Of a stretch of DNA of 64,000 bases, positions 53,048-64,000 are shown piece by piece. The stretch is from Iphione sp. A-MEVVRFRX5 (taxonomy: Eukaryota): assembly GCA_976226885.1 (NCBI GenBank), contig OZ320314.1:95108001-95172000 (forward strand), read 5' to 3'. The position numbers and the translations under genes were made by a program. The notes under the pieces were generated by a model. The model did no database searches and was not told the DNA's origin. It worked only from the letters and a program-made list of their open reading frames with translations. The first letter of the stretch is position 1. Each line of letters starts with the position of its first letter.

Positions 53048-53446
53048 TATCGAGATACTGTGAAAAGGTGTTTTTTTGTAGGAAAATGGTATTTGTTTTT
53101 TGGTAGGAAAATACTATTTGTTTTCATTAGGCTTTCGTTGTGATACATGTACATATGTGTACAAAAATGCCCGTTTTGAGAATTTGATCTTCTGTTCGTT
53201 CTTGATAGTTCTCGTCTTGGTGTGTACTGTGTGTATCTATAAGTAGGATGGGAACTCTCCCTAGTGGTTATCCCTAGTTCCAGACACGTTATGACTATTA
53301 AGTAAGGTGACCACTGGAGATAGTAGGTAGTTTAGCATATATATACGTAGCAATGTGTAACAGACTTTGACCTAGTTAGGAGAATATGTGCTGCATTAGA
53401 AATCAAATGATTATCTCACCGGAAGTGTCATTAAGACCAAACGTAC

Positions 53447-56132
53447 CTCAGCAACAGTCTCCGGATTGGCCTCCATTCTTAAGTGGTCCACTGCAAAGAT
53501 TGTCAGAGCGTCTTTGAACGCCCTGGAGACCAGCAGGTGCCCTGGATGGGAGTGTCGGAGTAGAATGTGGGCCTCCTCCAAGGCCTCGCCCATGATGTGA
53601 CAGCGAGGTTCTGTGTCCTGTACCAGGCCTGTGTAGATGGACCCATGATGCAGCACCACTCGGTACGATACTGTAGGTGGGCTAAGGGTAGATGATGAGC
53701 AGCTAGGGGTCACTGACCCTACAGAGTTATCCTCAGCTACAGTTTCTTGTCCAGGAGGCGCCATTGTGTCGACGGTTGATGCTGTAAAAGCTGTAGCAGC
53801 AGCTGGTGCGTTAGCGTCGGGCTCGTTGGTGATGATCTCGAATGCTAAGCGGGTCGCCTGGATGGCTTTACGTTTCTCCTTGCTGCCGATACCGTAGATG
53901 AGGAGGTAGACCCCGCAGGTGTAGTTAATCACTGTGCACCCGTATCGTGCAGCCACTTCTTGGATGCGTGTCTCCGACGCGTTCAACCAGTGAACCGGAC
54001 GTTCCTTCCCCTTCCTGTGCGTCGCTCTGGAGCAAGACGCTGCCCTCAGAGCCAAGATACAAACACTGGAAGTGAATTCGATCTCCCTGGTGGAATTCGA
54101 CGCAGACAGACGCTGTTGAAGAGGTGGAGGTATCCGTAGGTCAGTCAGACGAGCCACTCGTTTTTCTGCCTTCCCGAGCTGCTCTTTGCACAGTTGGAGT
54201 TGCTCTTCCAGGCCAGACGTGTACTCCTCGGACGCTTCCACCATATAGTCTAACACAGAGGACCTCTTTGGATTGTGCGCCGATTTCACCATTTTCATGA
54301 CCTGTTCGCTGGAAGGCCTAATCGTTGAATTTTCTGCCCAGCAGCACTCCATAACCTGACGAACAGCTATCGGCGTGTTTTCTCCGTGTGAGGGTCGCAA
54401 CGAGTTGCTCATGATGGCTTTGATCAAGTCACTTGGCGACATGGTATCGAAATACTCGCTGTAAGGATTGCGGCGTGTGAAGATCTCTTGTAGGATGATG
54501 GCGTAACTGTACAAATCGCATGCGGGTGATGGATGTAGATTGTTTTCTGCCCTGAGCAACTCAGGAGCCGTCCAAAAGTCGAGTACGGCGGCCGAGTCCT
54601 TGCCAACCTCATCGGGTGTCTTGCGCAGGGCAAGAAGTGGGTTTCGCTTAGGATTTAAGTGCGTGTAAAGATGGCAATACTCCCAGTCGGCAATCTTGAC
54701 CGTCCATTTGAAGTCTACGAGACAGGAGGAGGACCGGAGGTGGCCGTGTGTGATACTGTGTGAGTGCAGAAAGTAGAGTCCGTTAATGATCTCCAGTGAG
54801 ATGGCAAACTTGCACTCCTTGTTTAAAAGATACTTGTCGTCCTTTAGCAGGTCATCGAGAGGGCCTTTGGAGCAATAGTCACTGACCACATAACGGTCCC
54901 CTTGTAGCTCAGCCAGCCCGTAAAAATTGAGCACGTTGTTGTGAATTATATGGTCTCTCATTGACAGCAGCAATTTCTTTGTAGGACGAGATACATTGGC
55001 CATACTCTTTATTTCGAGCAGGCGGAGGCCGACATTGAGCCCGTTCCATTTACCAGGCCACTGCAGGATGTGTTTCAACATCTGAAAGCCGTCATCGACC
55101 TCCTCTACATCCGTCAATGACCGAATTGACGACCACATGACGAATCGCGACTTACCACTCGTTGCCGACTTCGCCGTCGTATAGAAGACTATATCCTCGA
55201 TGGGGATATCCCACTCGTCGGCGTCGAGTTTCCTGTTCCGCCGTATGTGGGAAACGGCGGCGTAAATACCGATCCCTATGACAACTAAACCGGCCATAGC
55301 GACGCCGACGATGGTAGGCATGACCCACTCCTTCCCACCACGCCTTTCCTCCTGCTCAACGCGAAGTTGTTGTTTAACGACAGGCCACAGTGGACGGCCA
55401 CCACAAGTGAGCTGGTAGAGCACCAGCTCCTCTATACGCGTGGCAATAGAGCTGCTCAGCGGGACCATGTTGTGGCGGGAGCAGACATTATCAGCGCTAT
55501 CGTCGGTGGTGAACCAATGGATGTAACGGAGCAGTTCCTCCGCCGTCGAGCAGCTCCGCATGTTCATACGGACGATCATGTAAGTGAACGTAGCGATGGG
55601 GTAGGAGTCTTTTAGTTGGTGATTGGACAGATCCACGGTCAACTCATCCTCTATGATCTCGGCTGCTTTGTCCATGGCCACCTGAACTGCCACTTGTGTC
55701 GGGCTCACCACGTTGCCGAATTGGTTCAGCATGTGCGCGTACTCCAGTCCGGCTTCTACTGCATCGGCGACTACCAGATAGCCGATGCTGTTGGGCAATG
55801 ACAGCAGCAAGCCAGCCATGCCCCGGTTCTTCTGGGCCAGATAAGCGATGACCGAGGAGTCCCAAAGTCCAGACGTGAAGGTGCCGTACCGTTGTTGCCA
55901 ACCGGCCACCGACGAGAACGCCGCCGTCACCGTCCGCGTCGTTCCCGAACTGTCGCCGCGCGCGATGACGACGATGCGCTCGCCGGGAAGCCTCACGTTT
56001 CTGTTAAGGGCCTGAAGCGCTGTGTCATTCCAGTACTCATAGGTACCATTGTAGATACCGACGGCAACATCCAACGACAGCACCAGTGATTGGTTGGTAT
56101 CTAGTTCCAGATTGTAGCCAAAGACGATGGCA
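53447..56132 (-). CDS. Large internal exon of a single-pass receptor: PstS-like ectodomain + TM + kinase-homology domain + degenerate guanylyl cyclase domain
   Basis: Lies within the 923-aa ORF 53411-56182. Acceptor ttgtctgtctcgttgcag|T at 56132 and donor GAG|gtacgt at 53447. PstS motifs 'GIYNGTYEYWND..LQALN', 'IARGDSSGTT', 'NSIGYL', 'YPIATFTYMIV'. TM 'MPTIVGVAMAGLVVIGIGIYAAV'. KHD 'HNNVLNFYG', 'GLYFLHS', 'HGHLRSSSCLVD', 'WTAPELLR', 'DLYSYAIILQEI'. Cyclase-like 'RVVLHHGSIYTGLV..EPRCHIMGE'. Confidence 0.9.
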
Positions 56133-58740
56133 CTGCAACGAGACAGACAATGTGTAGCAGGTGTGTATACTGATATTTTCAAACATGGTACAAAGCCAAC
56201 AAGAGTGAGATGAAATATACAAAGTTACAGGGAAAATAGTGTCCGGTTAGAATAATCAAATGACCTGCATGGTTGAGACCATGTGTTCCCATGTCTGTCG
56301 TGCTTAATGCAGATGAACATATGCGCAGTTGATTCCACCCATTTCCCATCTCTCCTGTTGCAACTAAAATATATTTCAATTGAGGAGAAAACATTCATTC
56401 TCACTGCGTTGCATTTCTTGCACGTTTCATGGGTAGAAATCTCAAAGAACTTATAGGATGGGTGTTAGGTTAAGAGCCAACCCATCCCTGCACGACAAGG
56501 GACAATGTAAAGATGGACGAGACAGCCTAGGGACAGAGATAGGGAGTGGTCTTCAGGGGAATTAGGAGGTGTTCAATTTAGTGAAAATTAGTAAACATAT
56601 GCATATATCTATCTGCGTGAAACATATTGTCGATATTTAATTCATAATTGGGCATTTCAAAAATAGGATTGATTAAGAGAGCATGTTATGGTTATGTTGG
56701 TCTACGGACCCCTACCGCTCATGGGCGAAAGCCTGGCTTGGACATTTTTACCAGTTTTTTACATTTTACTGTTATATGGAGACACCCTATTCAGATGCGA
56801 GCATCATGATGATGCACTTACTGATCCCTTTTAAATACACAATGTACACTGTGCATCTAGCTGCTTTCGAGTTGTTGAGGGAATTCGGGGTCTCGATCTA
56901 ATGATTCGCAATATTGACAGACATGCTCTCTTATCGCCTTTTTGATGTGCAGGGGCATCCGAGCTCGAGGATTCAAAATGGACGGGGACGATTGCAGTAG
57001 ATTGAGGATGCTCATAAAGCATTCTCCCAAAAGTTTTCATAGTCCTGTTTGGCTACAAAACGCAACGAATAGACTGACTCGGTGAACAATAGAAGGCATT
57101 TTTAGACTCAATGAGGTTCTGACAGCCACAACAAGTGTTACCAACCCGCCAGAACTACAGATAGATTTATGGCAACTCTTAATAAATCGATATTATATAG
57201 GTATTATATACATATGATAAACCCTCTGACGTCCTAATCAAATACGTCTCTAAAAACAGTACAAAAAATAACCTAAAATATTTTGCCCAAACCTGCATTC
57301 AGGGAAGTATAAGTAAACATTATCTCCTGAGTGTGACCTTAGGCTCCGACATTTGTGGCTTCTATGTGACCGCTGTAGTTAGTATAAGGCCTGCCTTCCT
57401 GCATTCGACTTGTAAAATGTATACGGGGTCTGTGCGCCAAGGTATGTTGTTCGAAGTCTGTTTCTGGATACAAACATAGAGGGGTGTTCCATGTACATTT
57501 GTACATCTGAGACAGTCACACAACAGTGCCCAAAACTCATTGAAAACTGTATTACAACAACCTATAGAACTCATGTAAACCCACAAAACAGAGCAAATAA
57601 CTCATTAGAACTGCCCAACGGTGTGGATACTTGATTAAAAGTCACACAACCGAGTAACTCACAAAATGTGTGGAAAGGTGTTTTTTCATACACACCTAAC
57701 ATGATTATTTGAAATGAAATAGAACACTACTGTCACAGTTTACGGTATACGGTGTCTGTGGTATGCAAGAAAATTTATGGATATTTCTGACAGTGGATAC
57801 ACGGACACAGACAGATAGACCGGATATCTAGAAAAGCCTGGTTCACTGTCATAATATTATATTTTTACATAGACCCATATGTAGGTTTTAGAAGATCGCA
57901 CACATGGAAACCCGTCCTAGAGGTTGTTTACTCTGAGCAATCCCTCCATTCAGTGAACTGTGTTGGCTGGGGCTTGTAAGGGCCAGAATATTATGCTAGA
58001 CTTTATCTGGAGCAGAGCAGATTCAGCTCGAGAATATCACTTAGGCTGAGCTGCCTTATCCTTTTTTTGTTATCACTACTTTGTATGTTGACTTGTTCAA
58101 CTTGACGTTCAACCTCTTCCCAAGCGGTCCTGTCGCCGCTTGACTATGCTGTGAAATAACAAGGTAGATCGGAACAGAAACTTACTCTGTACTGAGAACC
58201 TACCGGCAAACCTTGCCCTGCAAACATCAAATCACTTCAGGCTTTAAATATATGCATGCATCATTTATTCAATAATACCCATCAATCCTAAATAAATGCA
58301 TGTGAGTATATGCAGTAATATGCTCCTTTAGGTTATTAATATTTCACTATAGAGCTCTGACTAAGATCGTCCTTTCTGGAATGGTTTGCATATTTAGACC
58401 CATGTTAGAAAGACCTGATTTGCTAACTCTCCACAAGACTCAAAATTCAGGTAAAGGCGGTAAAACGGGACATGGACAATATGTAAAAAAGGAATATTTA
58501 TTCTGGCTTTTGTAAATTTTCCTCCGGCTCGAATTATCATGACGTGATTTCCTATACATCCAGGAGACTGTCGATAATACAGACCAATTTACCCTTGACA
58601 ATACCCGGGCAATTCTATGGCTAAATCCATTTCACCTAATTGTAATAACTTTGATCAGAATGAAAGCCACTCCAAGTTTATACTGGTAGAAGCATTTACA
58701 TAGATAGTAATATTACCCGCTAATGCAGTAATGTATTATT

Positions 58741-61700
58741 GTGCCACCAGAAATCGCCCTAGGGGTGCCTATATTAGTAGCTGCTCACCTTGAACCACCC
58801 CTTTCCCGCATGGCTGGTAGAGGTGAAAACATTTCGAGTGACACTACTACAGCAGGCGGATTGCACGTGCAGCGGTCACAGAGTTGGCAAGGACGAGGAA
58901 ACGCAGAAGAAAATTTCTGGCCTTGGCACTGGTCTTGAGAAGGTTCTACAGCTAATTACGAAATTAGAAGAATGCTCCGCTGAAGCCAGATGTATCGTAA
59001 CCCGCTCAAAGTCAATTCAGAAGAAAGACTCTGCTGAGAAGGGATCTTCGTCTGTTCCTTAACCTCTAGACACTGACCCCACTCAACAGGTCCGGTATTG
59101 AAGAAAATGACTCAGACGACAACAAACCTTCACCTCACCAGCTTCACACAGAGGCAGGAGAGCTTGCTGAACTGTTAGTGGCAGCAATCTATCCAACAAA
59201 CCCTTCAGTCTCTCACTTTCCGTTTCCACTATCAGTCACCAAATATATTCCTAATATGTCATTCGAGATCTCAGTACGTGGTTGGGGTCTCGATTGGCCC
59301 CTACTGGTGATGAAACATCAAGGTCTCTATTATTTTGATGTTAGTCTCCCGTTTGTGACAAGGCACTGCTCTGTGTACCTCCAAGACATATCTACATATC
59401 TAATACGGTTTTGCATGATGAACATACCTTGGCTGACAGTTGTGGCTTACTGGATGACTATATTTTTGTAATCGAAGCAGATAAAGCTTGTAGCGCCTTT
59501 CAGTCTATTACAAACATTATTAGACAATGTGATCTTATCACTGCTGACGATAAGGCCATCAAAGGCATTTGCTTGGCTTGGCATACAATTTGACATTGAA
59601 GCAGCAACAATGACTATTCCTAAAGTTAAGCTGGATAAGCTGCTCTCCATGGTTCAATACATTGTGTATAGGAAAAGGTGTACCTTCAAAAAAGTTCAAC
59701 AATTATTGAGTCTAGTAAATCATGTGGCTAGGTGCATACAGCCAGCCTGGTTATTTGTCTCGCAGATTCTTGAACAATACAGCCCTGAAATCGCGGCAGG
59801 CCATATACATGTACTAATAACAGACCAGTTTAAAAAAGACTTATACTGGTTTGTTCATTTTATCCCACAGTTCTCTGGTATGGCCCTATTTCCTAGGACC
59901 ATGTATCTCGATGAAATATTATATTGTGATGCCTCTTTGTCAGGCCTCGGGGCGTACAGCAACAAAATGTACTATGCTCTCCCCCTTTTTACCTCCATTC
60001 AAACATTTAACATCACAGAAATAACACTTATTCCAAGCAATTCTAAAAATTCATCACTTTCAATTACAGTTTGCTGTGATAATCAGGCCTCTGTTAATGC
60101 ATATAATTCAGGTTGTATAAGAGATCCGGTATTACAGGCGGCAACTCGCTCTTATGGTTTCATCAGACAAAATTCAACATTCATGTTAAATTTGTTCACA
60201 AGACAGGGGCTCAGATGGTGTACGTAGATGCTATGTACAAGGCATTAGTTGAGCAGTTCTGTATGAAGAACCCAGGCTTCTCATGCATCCATCTTCATCA
60301 TAATCTTCTTAATCATATACTTAATTCTTAACTCTTTAACTGTCATTCTGTTTGCTGATGATACAGTGATCTACACTCATGCTAAATCATGCAAGGAAGT
60401 GGCCAGCAAACTGTAGGGGGCTTGTAAGGAACTGGAGCAGTGGTGTAACTCACATAAGTTAACAATTAATGCCAGCAAATCTAAAATAATGATAATAGGA
60501 AAACAAAATTCTGATACTTATGAGCCAAGAGTGAAACTCTACAATGAAGTACTTAAAATGGTGAACAGTTACAGATACCTAGGAGTAACTATTGATAACA
60601 AACTGACTTTTAATACAGAGGCGGACATATTATTAAAACGGTTATCCATGAAAATATATTAATTCAATAAAATCAAAGGCAATGTATTATCTGGAACTGC
60701 ACTGATGCTCTATAAGTCCACCAGTCAACCACTGATAGACTATAGCACAATATATCTTACATCATGTAGAAATAAGAAACTGAGCAAAATACAAGCAATG
60801 CAAAATAGATCTCTAAGAATCATATTCAATCTTGGAAAGAAAAGAAAGTTAAGAGCCTATGAAATTCATAACAGGGATCTGCACTTGGAACTTGGAATTG
60901 GTAGCACATATGTAAGACGAACCCATATTACCATTAAAATGATGTTTAGAGCAATAAAAATTGGAGTACTTCCCCTAAAACCAAACACTATTACCAGGGA
61001 TGCTGATGGACTACTGCTGTATCAAATGATCCCAAGGAAAGAAATCTGTAGGAAGGGTATCATATATAAGGGAGCACAACTATGGAATCAACTGGATCCA
61101 CTCTTCAGAAACATAACCGACTCAACCAACTTTAATAAATTAACAATACAGACATGCTATACCTTGGCTGGACCACTCTACTGAACTCTTAGAATGTATA
61201 GAAACAACATGTGTATATAATGAATCACATTTTCCCCTCTTCATATGTAATTACTTCATCACCTGACAATATCAATTAAATTATCATGTATTGTCTTGGA
61301 AATGCATTCCTCACCATGTAAACCGTCTACTAGGACAATAGTCAGAATGAATAAAATCTATTATTATTATCATTATTAACTCTTGATTTGCAGATCCCAG
61401 GCTACAGGTGTTTGCAGCCAAGGCAGCTTGATGCCAAAGGCAAGCAGTAACTGATGCAACAGACAAAGCTCATCAGAGGATGCTGGCACTGGCCCTTGGT
61501 TTCTGTGTACATTACAACATAGACTATTCAGCAGATGAATCTTGACGATTTCCTTATATTTATAGAGTACCTCGCAAAGTATTTTACACTGGTTGTTGCC
61601 TCCCAGCACATATCTGCATTAAGGTTCTTCTTCCTACAGCTACTGCTCCAGAATAAAATTCTAAATCATGATAAGGCCCTGAAGTCTGTGCAGAAGACCT

Positions 61701-62400
61701 CCCCTGATAAGATAGATCGCAAAGATCCTATTACGCTCGAGATGCTGTTCAACATTGTTTACTTATTGGATGGAGACCACATGGTTGGTCCTGAGCTTAA
61801 AGCAATTTTTCTTCTTTCAATTTTTAGTTGTTTTGTCAATCAAATTTATTTCCTAAGGAAGGGCAGCCTTTTGATGTTAGCAGGCATTTGACTAGGGGTG
61901 ATATTATAAGTAAAGACAAGTACTTTTTGTTAAGTGGTCTAAGACAAATTCTACCACTTAAAAAAATGTATGTTCATGCTATTCCGGACTAAACATCGTG
62001 TCCCCTTGAAGCCCTTAAGTGTGTAATTAGGGCAGATCCTACAATGTCAGATGATCAGCCCCTGTTCCGACTTCCTGGTGTGACCTCGTCATTTACAATA
62101 GATGCAGTAGCAATGTACAGCATTCAAGGTCCACCTCAAGGAACTCCAGATCAACGATACCAGGTACATGCTTCACAGCTTTCTTAGGGATGGAGCGACA
62201 TTACTCCAGGCAATGGGTGTGATGGAGCAGGAGATAAGAGCACAAAGAACATGGTCTACAATCTCTTTGTCTAAGACAGGACACCTTTATGATCACTTCT
62301 CTATTGAGATAACTCCTCTAGCAGGACAAACTCGGGGAAAAAGCAAAATGTACTTCTTGCCTGATATTGCTCCTTCGATATATTTCTTACATGGTTTTTG
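58741..62400 (+). mobile_element. Tyrosine-recombinase retrotransposon (DIRS/Ngaro-like), degenerate; RT, RNase H and YR fragments
   Basis: RT 'LDWPLL..GLYYFDVSLPF' and 'LLDDYIF'. 'WLGIQFD..MTIPKVKLDK', 'KDLYWFVHFIPQFSG' and RNase H 'LYCDASLSGLGAY'. YR 'KDPITLEML', 'QPLFRLPG', 'HSFLRDGAT..MGV..IRAQRTWS'. Boundaries approximate. Confidence 0.8.
60337..61375 (+). mobile_element. 5'-truncated LINE (CR1/L2-like RT C-terminus + 3' UTR) inserted into the DIRS/Ngaro element
   Basis: 'ILFADDTVIY', 'YRYLGVTIDNKLTF' and 'LYKS..QPLIDYS' motifs. AATAAA followed by an (ATT)n tail at 61350-61376. TTAACTCTT is duplicated at 60328-60336 and 61376-61384 (TSD). Confidence 0.85.
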
Positions 62401-63379
62401 AAAGCATACTTGGTAAATACTACGACCAGTGAAGGGACTAAGACATTTTGTCAGCAACTGTTGGTGGCCCCGTTTTATGAGTAGATGCTATTGCAGCACA
62501 TACACCATTTGAAATAGTCAACTGAAGATTGAAATATCGAAACATGATTCTGTTTGCTTTGATAGGGAAACATCTACTGTAATGGGATGCGAACGGTAAA
62601 ATGAGGTAAGTCAAAATGACAGCTTATGGTTGATAATCCAGTGGCTTGACGCGTCTGCATCTTCCTCAAGTGTGACCTCCCCCCCCCCCCTCAAGGTATG
62701 TTACACCTTGATCAGGTGTGATACAATTCAGAAGATATGTGTTTCATATTATCCCTTGCTGTGACACGACCTCAAACTATAAATAAATGAAGTGCATTTT
62801 CAAGTTGAAATATGCGTTTTTTGGATTTAGGGAGCGCATCGCCCGATCCCTCGAATTGCCCTTATTTCTGCTTCCTTTCAATATTAAATTATACAGAAAA
62901 ATCCATGGAAATGTTCCAAAACACCACTGGTTGCCCTTTGAGTCCGGATGCCCACAGCATCGGTTGCAAAGCTATTCGACAAACTATTTGTCAATTTCAG
63001 TGCTGACATACCACTCGAGGTATCACCACATCAAATTTGACCTCAAAACATGACACTTTTGAAACATAAGGGCATATCAGTACGTTGTAAGTGCATTATC
63101 TCTGATATTATCTCAGCTATTGAAAGCAGTGCTGCAAGTACTAGATACCAGCTGGTGGACTAGTACCATTCTGGCAGATTCACCGGTAGCTGATTCACAT
63201 TGCAATAAACATCTTTAGGACAGATAGAGATCTCTTAAGCAACTGATGAGGTGATATCCTTGTGGAATCATAAGTTAACTGCAGTGTTATATTACATATG
63301 CGCATGGAAAACTCTACTGTCCATGCACATTTATCTTCTCTGTTCCTGTTCGCTTTCTAGCACAATCTCTTAGTATGTC

Positions 63380-63531
63380 TGTCTACCATTTCATATGTGT
63401 AAACCCTAGTGGCTGAACACTGTAGAAATTGTGATACTGTGGATGTCTCTGTGATGTCTTTGTCTACCGTTTCATGTGCGCAAACCCTAGTAACCGAACA
63501 CTGTGAGTAATTGTGATACTGTGGATGTCTT
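63380..63531. repeat. Tandem duplication, ~81-bp unit x ~1.9
   Basis: TGTCTACCRTTTCAT..AAACCCTAGT..GAACACTGT..AATTGTGATACTGTGGATGTCT starts at 63380 and at 63461. It lies upstream of an (ATTCA)n LINE-type tail near 63848-63866. Confidence 0.85.
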
Positions 63532-63936
63532 TTGCTTATATTTCTGTTGGTTGCCTGATTGCTGATTAATTGTCTGTATACCCGCTTGTAGTAGTTTTGT
63601 CTGTATGTTCCACCTGTTATGCTCGCTGTTTGCTCTGCCGTATGGATGTACCACTGCAAGCTCATATCTCTACGTGTATTATACGTTTCATGTTCAATTG
63701 TCGCCATGCACAATCCTCTGTTACTCTGCTGTTTTTGTTCATTGCATGGATGTAACATTGTATCTTGTATCTGTCCTCCATGTGTGTATATATGTTCGAT
63801 TAACCAGGAAAACTTTGTACAAGGACGAAGACTGTGGTTTATTAAGGAATTCAATTCAATTCAATTATCATTTGACTGTATCATGAAGGCGACGAAAATT
63901 ATTTGCAAAACGTTTTACAAAACGGTTTATATATTA

Positions 63937-64000
63937 CAGTGGGACCTCTCCAATCCGGACACCCTGCGTTCTTCCCCAATTCGTCCACATTGTAGAGGTG
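63937..64000. mobile_element. Start of a pogo/Tigger-like MITE, truncated by the window end
   Basis: TA followed by CAGTGGGACCTCTCCAATCCGGACACC, a typical terminus of pogo-type MITEs; the other end is outside the window. Confidence 0.5.

Noticed and set aside
53411-53446. C-terminus 'VRLVLMTLPVR*' of the 923-aa ORF
   Set aside because: It begins with a consensus donor GTACGT, and the TYWL motif is in the downstream exon.
56133-56182. ATG start of the 923-aa ORF (MKISVYTPATHCLSRC)
   Set aside because: It lies upstream of a good splice acceptor, has no signal peptide, and the PstS N-lobe is absent. Treated as intronic read-through.
56831-57040. Minus-strand ORF containing 'SSSDAP', superficially like PstS 'GSDAP'
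   Set aside because: No other PstS residues and no convincing splice sites.
58186-58217. Possible minus-strand micro-exon (cag|GGCAAGGTTTGCCG...|gtaag) reading 'RFAG', like PstS 'FAGSD'
   Set aside because: Too short, in an AT-rich context, with no supporting PstS sequence. Probably chance.
1-64000. Prokaryotic systems (CRISPR array, operons, rRNA/tRNA genes) and bacterial contamination as the source of the PstS-like domain
   Set aside because: No repeat-spacer array or RNA gene was seen. The PstS-like segment is in frame with an animal-type TM-KHD-GC module, bounded by spliceosomal sites and surrounded by eukaryotic transposons.

Overview
Eukaryotic genomic DNA, most likely from a marine invertebrate (inference from gene and transposon content). 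AT-rich non-coding sequence is densely filled with decayed transposons, and two host protein-coding genes are supported. (1) An intronless class A neuropeptide-receptor-like GPCR (3938-5269, +) resembles allatostatin-A/galanin receptors but has degenerate DRY and NPxxY motifs. (2) A minus-strand receptor gene is reconstructed from a 2686-nt exon (53447-56132) spliced in frame to a terminal exon (46107-46805). It encodes a PstS-like (bacterial-type phosphate-binding protein fold) ectodomain, one TM helix, a kinase-homology domain and a guanylyl-cyclase-like domain lacking every canonical catalytic residue. Its N-terminal exon(s) were not found in the window. Mobile DNA includes an Academ-like TIR transposon with 3-bp TSDs in the receptor's last intron, a decayed near full-length LINE ORF2, and a DIRS/Ngaro-type retroelement interrupted by a 5'-truncated LINE with a 9-bp TSD. 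It also includes several PIF/Harbinger-, hAT- and Tc1/pogo-like MITEs and a hammerhead-ribozyme-like core. The PstS-pseudokinase-pseudocyclase receptor, a candidate animal extracellular phosphate/oxyanion sensor, is the most interesting item. No database search was possible; all family assignments come from recognised motifs.
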